Source: Gammaproteobacteria bacterium
GTDB taxonomy: Bacteria; Pseudomonadota; Gammaproteobacteria; UBA4575
DNA: 64,000 nt
Direction: 5' to 3'
Assembly: GCA_965247265.1 (NCBI GenBank)
Contig: OZ252002.1
Location: 1,205,031 to 1,269,030 of the forward strand
Positions 38,684 through 47,414 of the stretch are shown here, in pieces. The notes below the pieces were generated by a model. The model searched no databases, had not been told where the DNA came from, and saw nothing but the letters and a program-made list of their open reading frames with translations. Position numbers and translations under genes: made by a program. Numbering within the stretch: the first letter of the stretch is position 1; each line of letters opens with the position of its first letter.

Positions 38684-39672
38684 ATACTCAAGTTGTTACG
38701 CCCAATATGGTTGGCGAGTTTCATCGTTGTGAGCTTGCAGAATTTCCAACTCCTTTACAACGATTTAAAAAACTAGAGAAAAATGCAAATAATATTGAGC
38801 TATGGGTGAAACGCGACGATTTAATAAGCTTTGGTTTTGGAGGTAACAAAGTTCGAACGCTTGAGTTTATTGCTGCAGATGCCTTAAATCGTAGAGCAAA
38901 AACATTAATTACGGGCGCAGGAGTGCAATCCAATCATGTGCGTGCAACCGCTGCAGTGGCGGCTTATCTAAATCTAGAGTGCATTGCGATTTATTGGGGG
39001 AATCCACCTGAAGACATAAAAGGTAACTATTATCTTACCAAAATGTTGGGTGCAGAAACTAGATTTACAAACGATACCGATCGAAGTTCCGTAGATACAA
39101 TGATTCGGTTTATAGGACAAGAAGTGATGATTGGTGGCGGACTACCCTATTTAATCCCACGTGGAGGAGCCTGTGCGTTAGGAGTTATCGCTCATCTTTT
39201 TGCGGCACAAGAACTTTTTGAGCAATGTAAAAGAAACAGTGTGAAAGCGGATCTTGTTACGCTTGCCGTGGGATCTGGTGGGACGATAGCGGGTTGGATT
39301 CTTGCAAAAATATTATATAAACATCCTTGGCGTATCGAAGGCTTCACCGTTAGTCGACCTTCTTCAGAGTTAAAAGACATTATTCAAAATTTAGTGTATG
39401 ACGCAGCTAAAATATTAAACGAAAAAGTAAATATAAGTTTAGAACAAATTGTCATTCATGATGGATTCATTGGTGATGGTTATGGAGTACCAAGTGTCAA
39501 AGGAAACAATGCCATTAAAGAGGTTGCGATACAGCAAGGAGTATTTTTTGACCCAGTGTATACAGGAAAAGCATTTGCTGGGTTTTTGGAATATGTACAG
39601 AATGGTTATTACAAAGATATTCATACTGCAGTGTTTTTACACACAGGGGGAGAGCCAGCTCTATTTATATAA
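38680..39672 (+). CDS. PLP-dependent enzyme of the D-cysteine desulfhydrase / ACC deaminase (DcyD) family
   Basis: 330 aa. FPTPLQRF, KRDDLISFGFGGNKVRTLEFIAADAL (PLP Lys), GVQSNHVRATAAVAA, DPVYTGKAFAG, HTGGEPALF. ATGA overlap with the previous gene. Confidence 0.85.
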   Translation: MNTQVVTPNMVGEFHRCELAEFPTPLQRFKKLEKNANNIELWVKRDDLISFGFGGNKVRTLEFIAADALNRRAKTLITGAGVQSNHVRATAAVAAYLNLECIAIYWGNPPEDIKGNYYLTKMLGAETRFTNDTDRSSVDTMIRFIGQEVMIGGGLPYLIPRGGACALGVIAHLFAAQELFEQCKRNSVKADLVTLAVGSGGTIAGWILAKILYKHPWRIEGFTVSRPSSELKDIIQNLVYDAAKILNEKVNISLEQIVIHDGFIGDGYGVPSVKGNNAIKEVAIQQGVFFDPVYTGKAFAGFLEYVQNGYYKDIHTAVFLHTGGEPALFI

Positions 39673-39687
39673 TTGTGGCTTAAACAT

Positions 39688-41133
39688 ATGACTAACAATA
39701 AGCATAAAAATTTTAACGAATCACAATCGGATGTCACTTCTGTAGAAAACGAGATTAGTGATATTATGAATCTAGTTGAGAAAGCTAGACAGGCTCAATC
39801 GCAAATAAGTGCTTATACACAAGAAGAGGTAGATGAATTAGTAGCTTCGATAGCATGGAATGTCATTAAAAATAGAGAAGAGCTCGCACGCATAGCAGTG
39901 GAAGAAGGAGGATTTGGAAATTATGAAGATAAAGTAGCAAAAATCTACAACCGTGTAACCGGGACGTTAGCCGATATGCAGTCGATTAAGACAGTTGGTG
40001 TGGTTGAAGAGTTGCCCGATATCGGAATCATCAAGATTGCAAAACCTGTAGGAGTCATCGGTGCACTCATTCCAGCAACGGGCCCGGATGCTACGCCTCC
40101 TGTTAAAGCATTATGTGCCATGAAGGGAAGAAATGCGCTGATCGTGGCACCACATCCTAGAACAAAAAGAAGTTCAGCAAGAGTAGTCGAATGTATACGA
40201 GAAGGCTGTATACAAGTGGGTGCGCGAGAGGATTTGGCACAAGTGATTACAGATCCTTCGATTCAAAAAACAAAACTTTTAATGGAAAACGTAGATCTAA
40301 TTGTAGCAACTGGTGGCATGAATATGGTCAAGTCTGCATATAGTTCAGGCAAGCCTGCTTATGGTGTAGGTGTGGGAAATGCGGTACATGTTGTTGATGA
40401 GACTGCAGATTTGGATGATGCAGCTGAAATGATTGCCAAAGCAAAGACCTTCGATTATGCAACGAGTTGTTTAGCAGACAATGCTGTTGTAATTCATGAA
40501 AGTGTTTATGAGAAGTTAATTGATAAGTTGGTAGCGTTAGGTGCTCATTTATGTAATGAAGAAGAAAAATTGAAACTTCAAAAATTAATGTGGCCAGATG
40601 ATGCGCATATACCTTCTGCCGATGTAATTGCAAAATCTGCGCAATCAATTGCAAATAAAGCTCAAATCAACATTCAGCCCGGTACAAATTTTCTTTTAGT
40701 TAAAGAAACTGGAGTAGGAAATGATTATCCGTTTTGTGGGGAAAAGCTTTCTGTGGTTTTGACGATTTATCAATATGCCGATAGCATCGAAAATGCAATA
40801 GATCTCGTAAACAGCATTACAGATTATCAGGGATTGGGGCATACCTGTGGAATTCATTCAAATTCACAAGCCAATATAAATTCTGTTGCACATAATACGA
40901 AAACTGCTCGAGTAATGGTGAATCAAAACCTCAATGAAGGTGCAGGGAGCCCTCGCAATGGACTTCCTTATACATTGTCGCTTGCTTGTGGAACATGGGG
41001 TGGCAATATAACAACTGAAAATGTCAATGTTAGAAATTTTATCAACTTAACTTGGGTCTCCACACCAATTCAAGCTCGAACCTTTACTGAGGAACAGTTG
41101 TTTGAAAATTATTGGACTAAGTATGGTAAGTAG
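39688..41133 (+). CDS. CoA-acylating aldehyde dehydrogenase-like protein (EutE/PduP/SucD-type ALDH)
   Basis: About 481 aa from the ATG at 39688. PVGVIGALIPATGPDATP, IVATGGMNMVKSAYSSGKPAYGVGVGN, Cys in FDYATSCLADNA. Confidence 0.7.
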   Translation: MTNNKHKNFNESQSDVTSVENEISDIMNLVEKARQAQSQISAYTQEEVDELVASIAWNVIKNREELARIAVEEGGFGNYEDKVAKIYNRVTGTLADMQSIKTVGVVEELPDIGIIKIAKPVGVIGALIPATGPDATPPVKALCAMKGRNALIVAPHPRTKRSSARVVECIREGCIQVGAREDLAQVITDPSIQKTKLLMENVDLIVATGGMNMVKSAYSSGKPAYGVGVGNAVHVVDETADLDDAAEMIAKAKTFDYATSCLADNAVVIHESVYEKLIDKLVALGAHLCNEEEKLKLQKLMWPDDAHIPSADVIAKSAQSIANKAQINIQPGTNFLLVKETGVGNDYPFCGEKLSVVLTIYQYADSIENAIDLVNSITDYQGLGHTCGIHSNSQANINSVAHNTKTARVMVNQNLNEGAGSPRNGLPYTLSLACGTWGGNITTENVNVRNFINLTWVSTPIQARTFTEEQLFENYWTKYGK

Positions 41134-41175
41134 TCGAAATATAGCAAGTCTAAAGTTAATTTAGAGGCATACAAA

Positions 41176-42684
41176 ATGAAAGAATATACATTAGGTAATG
41201 TAGAAGATTTAAAAAATTCAAAAGATAGAAGACATAATCGTCTCAACGATGTTGGTATAAAAAGAAAACCTCCATCCGCTATCAAGCCAGTTCAAAACAT
41301 AGAAGAACTGATTGAGGATATTAATAGTAAAAATTATGATGCCGTCATCGTGGGAAGCGGTCCAGGTGGTTCAACCGTAGCAAGAGAGTTAGCCAGAGCT
41401 GGAAAAAAAGTAGCCGTTCTTGAATTTGGGAAAGATCATAGAGAAAAATGGTATTACGGTACAGTTGCAGGGCCCTTTATCTACACTGAGCAACGAGGCT
41501 TCTTAAAATCAAAAGAAGGGGTCACGATTGTTCGCCCGATGCTAACAGGAGGGGCTACTAATATGTTTGCAAGTGCCGCATCAGGACCTCCATCTTGGTG
41601 GCTAAGTAAAACGGGTGTAGATATCGAATCTGAAGTTAACGAGACCATTGATGAACTTCAAATTGAAGCCTTACCAGAAGAGTTGATGGGCTCGGCATCA
41701 CAACGTATTGGGGAAGCAGGTCGAGATCTTGGGATGGATTGGGTGCCACAAATAAAATTCATCCATCCAAAACGTTGTTATTCGAAATTAGATTGTGGTG
41801 ATAAGTGCATGTTTGGGTGTCGTTGCGGCGGAAAGTGGACTGCAAATGATTATTTAGATCAGGCTATTGAAGCTGGAGCCACTGTTATTACCGAGTGTAA
41901 TGTTCACAAAGTTGAGACACAAGATGGTGTCGCTACGGGTGTTAGTGCAGAAGTACAAGGAAAACACTTTACACTTAACAGTAAGGTCGTGATCGTTTGT
42001 GCAGGAGGCATCGGTACGCCTCGTATCCTACAGAATTCTGGTATCCATGATGCTGGAGATGCATTGGGCGTTGACACTACATTTGTAGTCTATGGTGTGA
42101 TTCAAGATAAAGGCAATACGGGCGATCCGCCTATGACGATCAGTTGCTGTGATGATGAAAATGGTTTGATGTATTCCACGCTTACCCAGCCATTCGGTTT
42201 ATTTACACTGACTCAATATTACAAAGGCTGGGGACATTTGAAAAAAGTACCTAAGTTCCCACGTATGCTTGGAGTCATGGTTAAGATAAAAGAAAATTTA
42301 AAAGGCTATGTGGCGCCCCATGGAGAAATCAGTATGCCTTTGCTACAAGAAGATCATCTTCGAGCCAATATTGGGTTTAGTACAAGCAAAAGTATACTTA
42401 TGAAAGCGGGATGTGATCCTAATACCATATTTTGGAATCCTCCCAGAGGAACTCATCCATGTGCAACCGTACGAATTGGAAAGCATCTAGATTCTGATTT
42501 AAAAACGGTTGCTTTTGATAACTTATATGTATCAGATGCCAGCACATTTCCTTTACCTTTGGTTCGTCCTCCCACGCTTACAATAATCGGACAAAGTAAG
42601 AGATTAGCCAAGCATCTTGTTGGGACTACACTCAAAGACAGTCAATATAAAGATAAAGAGCAAAAAGCAGAATTAGTATCATGA
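41176..42684 (+). CDS. GMC-family FAD-dependent oxidoreductase
   Basis: 502 aa. N-terminal dinucleotide fold YDAVIVGSGPGGSTVARELARAGKKVAVLEFG. C-terminal GTHPCATVRIG ... NLYVSDASTFP. Confidence 0.8.
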   Translation: MKEYTLGNVEDLKNSKDRRHNRLNDVGIKRKPPSAIKPVQNIEELIEDINSKNYDAVIVGSGPGGSTVARELARAGKKVAVLEFGKDHREKWYYGTVAGPFIYTEQRGFLKSKEGVTIVRPMLTGGATNMFASAASGPPSWWLSKTGVDIESEVNETIDELQIEALPEELMGSASQRIGEAGRDLGMDWVPQIKFIHPKRCYSKLDCGDKCMFGCRCGGKWTANDYLDQAIEAGATVITECNVHKVETQDGVATGVSAEVQGKHFTLNSKVVIVCAGGIGTPRILQNSGIHDAGDALGVDTTFVVYGVIQDKGNTGDPPMTISCCDDENGLMYSTLTQPFGLFTLTQYYKGWGHLKKVPKFPRMLGVMVKIKENLKGYVAPHGEISMPLLQEDHLRANIGFSTSKSILMKAGCDPNTIFWNPPRGTHPCATVRIGKHLDSDLKTVAFDNLYVSDASTFPLPLVRPPTLTIIGQSKRLAKHLVGTTLKDSQYKDKEQKAELVS

Positions 42685-42742
42685 ATTAACGCTCATGCAA
42701 ATTTAATATTGCATTAGGTTTTTTTATATTAAAGATAGAACA

Positions 42743-43405
42743 ATGGAAAAACTAGAATTAGTTAGCCGTAGACTGTGTCCTTTTGCACAAAGAGCAGCCA
42801 TTGTTTTAAACCATAAAAACGCAAATTATAAAATTACATATGTGGATTTAGAGAATCCACCAGATTGGTTTAATAAAATCTCACCATTAAAGAAAGTCCC
42901 GCTTCTAAAAATTGGTGAAAATAATGTTCTATTTGAATCAGCGGTTATTTGCGAGTACATAGATGATGTTACGCCTAGCAACATAAGGCCAGAAAACGCT
43001 CTCCAGTTGGCATTCAACCGAGCATGGATTGAGTTTGGTTCAACTTGTATCATTGATCAATATATGCTGCTATTAAAAAAAACGGAGCAAGAGTTTAAAG
43101 AACAAGCAGATCAAATTGTTAATAAATTGAGATTGGTAGAGAACAAATTAGAAAGTTTGCCATTTTTCAATGGTGAGACATTCTCATTAGTGGATGCTAC
43201 CTATGCACCATTATTTATACGTTATGAAATAATTAATAAAATTATACCCATTTATACAACGCTTGATTTTAAAAAGCTATCAACATGGTCCAAGTCGCTT
43301 CTTGAATTAAGCTTTGTAAAAACATCCAAAGAATCTGATTTCAACACTCAGTATATTAATAAAATTAAAAATTTTGATGGTTACTTGTCTTTAAATGTCC
43401 GCTAG
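42743..43405 (+). CDS. glutathione S-transferase-fold protein with an active-site Cys (omega-class-like)
   Basis: 220 aa. RRLCPFAQRAAIVL ... PDWFNKISPLKKVPLL ... LFESAVICEYIDD. This parallels the CPFA active site and fold of omega-class GSTs. Confidence 0.75.
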   Translation: MEKLELVSRRLCPFAQRAAIVLNHKNANYKITYVDLENPPDWFNKISPLKKVPLLKIGENNVLFESAVICEYIDDVTPSNIRPENALQLAFNRAWIEFGSTCIIDQYMLLLKKTEQEFKEQADQIVNKLRLVENKLESLPFFNGETFSLVDATYAPLFIRYEIINKIIPIYTTLDFKKLSTWSKSLLELSFVKTSKESDFNTQYINKIKNFDGYLSLNVR

Positions 43406-43428
43406 AGACCGTTTCTATATAATTTAGC

Positions 43429-44568
43429 TCAATGGTTCAGATTATTTTTCGTAGTATCCTCTTGGCTTAAAAAAGATTCTTGATAAAAAGCGGCTCGGTG
43501 TTCGGGGCGATTTCGCGTATAGCGATCATTCAGCACTTTACGATCCAGGTGTCCGGTTTGGCGTTGACGCAATTCATCCATTATCCCACGATCAGCCAAT
43601 TGAGTCGCATTTTCCAAGCGAATGTTATGAACGATTAAATCGGGTCGTTGCAGAACATCTCTACAGGCGTCCTTAAATAGTTTCCATATGTAGGCGCCTT
43701 TGCTTTTATCTTTCTCAGGCGTAAATTGAAATACCCGTTCATCCTCAGTCGGGCGCCCCATGACTTCTTGAATGGCTTTTATAGCCACAGGTGTGAGCAT
43801 TACCACCTTGGGTTTCTTATTTTTATGTTCCGATCCTGGGATACGAATGTGAGGAGGTGCTTCAAAACGAATCCATTCTTTTCTAAGTTTAATGACTTCA
43901 CCTTTGCGCATGGCCGTCTCATAAAGCACAATTAGCACGAGGGTAACTTCATGATCTAATGTATCAACATAGTGTAATATCTTCTTGAATTCACGAAGAG
44001 AAATGGGTTCTTGATCGCGTCGTCCACGGATCTCATCTTCGGCTCTGAGATCTTTTGGCAGGTCCGGTTCTAATGGCCAATCAAAGGGATCAGCAGGTCG
44101 CCATCCAAAGTTACGTTTGGCATATTCCAAGATGCGTTTAATGGCTTCAATTTCTCTTTTCAGCGTCACCACACTGATGCCACCCTCATCGACTCTTTTA
44201 TAGGCATAGTCTTCGAGTAAGCGTGTGGTAAATTCAAAGAGCTTGTGATGGCCAAGACGCTTTTGGAGTCCGTTGTACATTGAGGTGCCATTTTGTTGAT
44301 AGGATTTATAGCGCAAGGCGCGGCGCTGGATGTATTCATGGGTGACGGCTGCAAATTGGTTGTCATGAGGCAGGCGACCATTTTCCATCGCATACAGGTG
44401 GGCCGCTGGATTGCGTTTTTTCAGCGCTCGTTTTAAATCAAATTCGAGCTCATCCGCCCAACGCTTGGCCGCATGTTTTTCCTCAAAACGTTTCCCAAAT
44501 CGAGCGCCGTCGACTTGCACTTGGGCAAACCATTTTTTACGCGATTTATCAAAAAAGATGCTTGGCAT
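43429..44568 (-). CDS. tyrosine recombinase / integrase (paralogue 1)
   Basis: 379 aa. LYETAMRKGEV (Arg), HNIR (HxxR), TGH, DRYT (Tyr). About half its residues are identical by eye to 48665-49801. Confidence 0.85.
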   Translation of the reverse strand: MPSIFFDKSRKKWFAQVQVDGARFGKRFEEKHAAKRWADELEFDLKRALKKRNPAAHLYAMENGRLPHDNQFAAVTHEYIQRRALRYKSYQQNGTSMYNGLQKRLGHHKLFEFTTRLLEDYAYKRVDEGGISVVTLKREIEAIKRILEYAKRNFGWRPADPFDWPLEPDLPKDLRAEDEIRGRRDQEPISLREFKKILHYVDTLDHEVTLVLIVLYETAMRKGEVIKLRKEWIRFEAPPHIRIPGSEHKNKKPKVVMLTPVAIKAIQEVMGRPTEDERVFQFTPEKDKSKGAYIWKLFKDACRDVLQRPDLIVHNIRLENATQLADRGIMDELRQRQTGHLDRKVLNDRYTRNRPEHRAAFYQESFLSQEDTTKNNLNH

Positions 44569-44740
44569 TGGTACTTTCCTCCCATTAGTTATCGGGTGGT
44601 AGTACTGGGCCTATAATTTATGACAGCATATTTCAGCTAAACGGTTGATTTGCTTGATGACGGGTAGGGCAGAAACTTAATTCCCACTCCTTTAAACCTG
44701 TCTTCTATATAAAAGCATTTGCTCCCAATCATGTTAATCT

Positions 44741-44772
44741 TGAATGACTGCTAACGACCCAAAGCGGACGTA
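44741..44772 (+). repeat. palindromic intergenic element, copy C of 8
   Basis: TGAATGACTGCTAACGACCCAAAGCGGACGTA. Confidence 0.8.
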
Positions 44773-44843
44773 ATAAGCTATCAAGATTAGTTATTTTTTA
44801 ACGTTGATAAACATATAAATGACACCACGAGAAGGAATAACTC

Positions 44844-45029
44844 ATGAAAACACTAAAATGTGATCTATGTGATGTAACAGCGGAAGGTGAAATATTCGAA
44901 GATTGGATGAAGGCACTTCAACCACACTACATGGAGGCTCATGCGGATGGAATGAATGATCCCAGTCATGGCAAGGAAGAAATGGAAAAGTGGATGGCTG
45001 AGAACAAAGCAAGGTTTGATGCCGCTTAA
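44844..45029 (+). CDS. small Cys/His protein, tentatively DUF1059-like
   Basis: 61 aa. MKTLKCDLCDVTAEGEIFEDWMKALQPHYMEAH. Flanked by element copies C and D. Confidence 0.35.
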   Translation: MKTLKCDLCDVTAEGEIFEDWMKALQPHYMEAHADGMNDPSHGKEEMEKWMAENKARFDAA

Positions 45030-45040
45030 AATGCATGCAA

Positions 45041-45073
45041 AAAATGACCGCTAACGACCCAAAGCGGACATTT
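45041..45073 (+). repeat. palindromic intergenic element, copy D of 8
   Basis: AAAATGACCGCTAACGACCCAAAGCGGACATTT. Confidence 0.8.
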
Positions 45074-45088
45074 ATCTAAGCTTTTAAT

Positions 45089-45565
45089 ATGATTAAAAGA
45101 AAAAATGAAATTTTGCTTTGGCTAATTTTGGCGTTTGTTTCATCAAACATGGCTATAGCAGAAAATGGACTTAATCGAGATAAATGCCGAGCATCAACTA
45201 ATCCTGAGCTAGTCGCAGATTGTATAGAAGCAAATGTTTATGATCCGTGTGATGATGCAGGTGGCTATGTTCATAGAGCTTTATGTGGATCAGCTCATAC
45301 TGTAGTCGCAGACCGAAAAATAGCTAGTCTTATGCAAAAAATTAGAAAGATTTCAATTAAAGCAGATACATTAAGAGAGTATCAATTACTTGAGTGGTCA
45401 CATCAAAACTGCTCTATATATAGAGAACAATATTGTCGATTTGAGAGTGCTGCAAGCCAAAAGCCCAAGTATTTTGGTGGAGAAGCTCAAGTTTTTTGTA
45501 TGAGAAGAATCACAAAACAAAAAGTTAAGGATTTAAAGAACATTCTGTCAAATAAGTCTGAATGA
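45089..45565 (+). CDS. secreted Cys-rich protein, tentatively DUF1311 (LprI-like)
   Basis: 158 aa with a signal peptide. Contains ADRKIASLMQKI ... EWSHQNCSIYREQYC. Its stop codon lies inside element copy E. Confidence 0.35.
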   Translation: MIKRKNEILLWLILAFVSSNMAIAENGLNRDKCRASTNPELVADCIEANVYDPCDDAGGYVHRALCGSAHTVVADRKIASLMQKIRKISIKADTLREYQLLEWSHQNCSIYREQYCRFESAASQKPKYFGGEAQVFCMRRITKQKVKDLKNILSNKSE

Positions 45566-45591
45566 CCGCTAACGACCCATAGCGAACATTC
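45559..45591 (+). repeat. palindromic intergenic element, copy E of 8
   Basis: TGAATGACCGCTAACGACCCATAGCGAACATTC. Its first TGA is the stop codon of 45089-45565. Confidence 0.8.
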
Positions 45592-45760
45592 GCAGATCTT
45601 TTAGGTAACTGTCTGTATTGAATAATAGTTGTGATATATATCACTACTTACTAGTGTTATTTGTTACGTATTATTTATAACAATGTAGATACCCTTTGAC
45701 TTTATTTAATTCGCAAGATTATGTGTCTAGCTCAAGAACCAGAATAAAGGGTAAATCTAA

Positions 45761-47122
45761 GTGAAAAATTTAACTTTAATTTTTCTAGTCTCATTATTTT
45801 TGCTTCCGAATTTGCTACAAGCAGATAACGAAGTCATCTCAGCTAAATGCCAAGAAATCTACCGAACCTGCTTTCAAGAAAAACTTAAAGAAATTTGGTC
45901 TGCATGGGATTGGTGGAATGCTGGTCAGCTAATGCTTTCCAATGAAGAATGGGATAAAAAGCAAGGAGACTTGATTTTTGAAATGTTAGCCTGTGACGAA
46001 GTTGCAGCAGCATGTGTAACTGACTCAATTTCTGATACAGAAGGATTCCTTTCTAAACTTGAATCGACACCTGATATTAAGTGGGAGATAGCAGATCCAA
46101 TGAAAGAAGGAATTGATGCTACAACCTTAAACAAAGCAATAGAAGAGGCGAAGAATATTAATCAACTAAGAAGTTTTCTTGTAGCAAAAAATGGGAAATT
46201 AGTGATAGAAGAATACTTTGATCTAAAGGGCGACCCGAGACCACAGCGAATCCAATCAGCTACTAAATCGATCACTTCACTCTTAATAGGCATTGCAATA
46301 GATAAAGGATTTATCGATTCAGAAGCAGAAGCCATTAAATCGTATTTTCCAGAGTACTTTGCAGAGTATCCTGATGAAGAGAAAGAAAATATTACTATTC
46401 AGCAATTACTGACGATGAGCTCACGGTTAAATTTTGTAGATAACAGCGCATGGAGTAAATATGAGAATACTAAGAGTTGGAGTGAGCCTGGTGCATACAA
46501 AGCCTACTGGTTTGCAGATAACGCACGTGATCAAGCGCTTGGATATGAATTAGTCAAGTCGGACGACGATCAAGTTATGCTTTACAGCACACCCGCATGT
46601 GATCTACTCACTACAGTAATTCGCCGATCTACCGGGATGACGAGTAAAGATTTTGCAGATAAATATCTTTTTAGCCCTCTTGGGATAAAAAACTATCTCT
46701 GGATTCATGATTCAGCATTTAATTATCATGGAGGATTTACTATTTTTCTAAGACCACGTGCACTTGCACGAATTGGTCAAATGGTACTAGACGGAGGTAG
46801 GGTTAAGGATCAACAAATAGTTTCTCAGTCGTGGTTAGATACATCATTTCGTGTATACGTGCCTGAATTTGTGACAATGGATACAATTCCTACAACGGTT
46901 GATTACGGGTACTTGTGGTATGTAGGGAGCATAAAAGGTTATAAGTATCGATTCGCCTGGGGCTATGGCGGGCAGTTTATATTTATGATTCCAGAGGCGA
47001 ATACATTAGTTGTAACTACCGCATATCCTGAACCAGACGGACAAACTCACTGGGACAAATCACAACAAATCATTAAAAGTCTGATGCGCACTGTAATCGA
47101 AGCATTACCTAAAAAGCGTTAA
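45761..47122 (+). CDS. beta-lactamase-related serine hydrolase (class C / PBP4*-like)
   Basis: 453 aa with a GTG start and a signal peptide. SxxK motif in QSATKSITSLLIGIAIDKG. Confidence 0.7.
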   Translation: MKNLTLIFLVSLFLLPNLLQADNEVISAKCQEIYRTCFQEKLKEIWSAWDWWNAGQLMLSNEEWDKKQGDLIFEMLACDEVAAACVTDSISDTEGFLSKLESTPDIKWEIADPMKEGIDATTLNKAIEEAKNINQLRSFLVAKNGKLVIEEYFDLKGDPRPQRIQSATKSITSLLIGIAIDKGFIDSEAEAIKSYFPEYFAEYPDEEKENITIQQLLTMSSRLNFVDNSAWSKYENTKSWSEPGAYKAYWFADNARDQALGYELVKSDDDQVMLYSTPACDLLTTVIRRSTGMTSKDFADKYLFSPLGIKNYLWIHDSAFNYHGGFTIFLRPRALARIGQMVLDGGRVKDQQIVSQSWLDTSFRVYVPEFVTMDTIPTTVDYGYLWYVGSIKGYKYRFAWGYGGQFIFMIPEANTLVVTTAYPEPDGQTHWDKSQQIIKSLMRTVIEALPKKR

Positions 47123-47173
47123 CTGAATTTTCAGGTTATATACAAGAGAACCATACTCATTCCTAATAAATCT

Positions 47174-47206
47174 TGAATGACCGCTAATGGCCGTAAGCGG
47201 ACATTC
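47174..47206 (+). repeat. palindromic intergenic element, copy F of 8 (variant loop)
   Basis: TGAATGACCGCTAATGGCCGTAAGCGGACATTC. Confidence 0.8.
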
Positions 47207-47260
47207 GATAAAGAAATTTAGGACGAGCAAGGTTGGCATTATCAAATCAGAGTAATTTAA

Positions 47261-47288
47261 GGTCTGCTAACGACCCAAAGCGGACATA
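47261..47288 (+). repeat. palindromic intergenic element, copy G of 8 (5'-truncated)
   Basis: GGTCTGCTAACGACCCAAAGCGGACATA. Confidence 0.65.
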
Positions 47289-47414
47289 CAATGCATATAT
47301 AATAGAGGTAAGACCATACATTAACAGTTAATTTGTTTAATGTACCGGCACAAATTAATAGAATTATGTTTTCGTTATTTTCAAGATTAAAATACAAATT
47401 AGCGTTTACTATGT

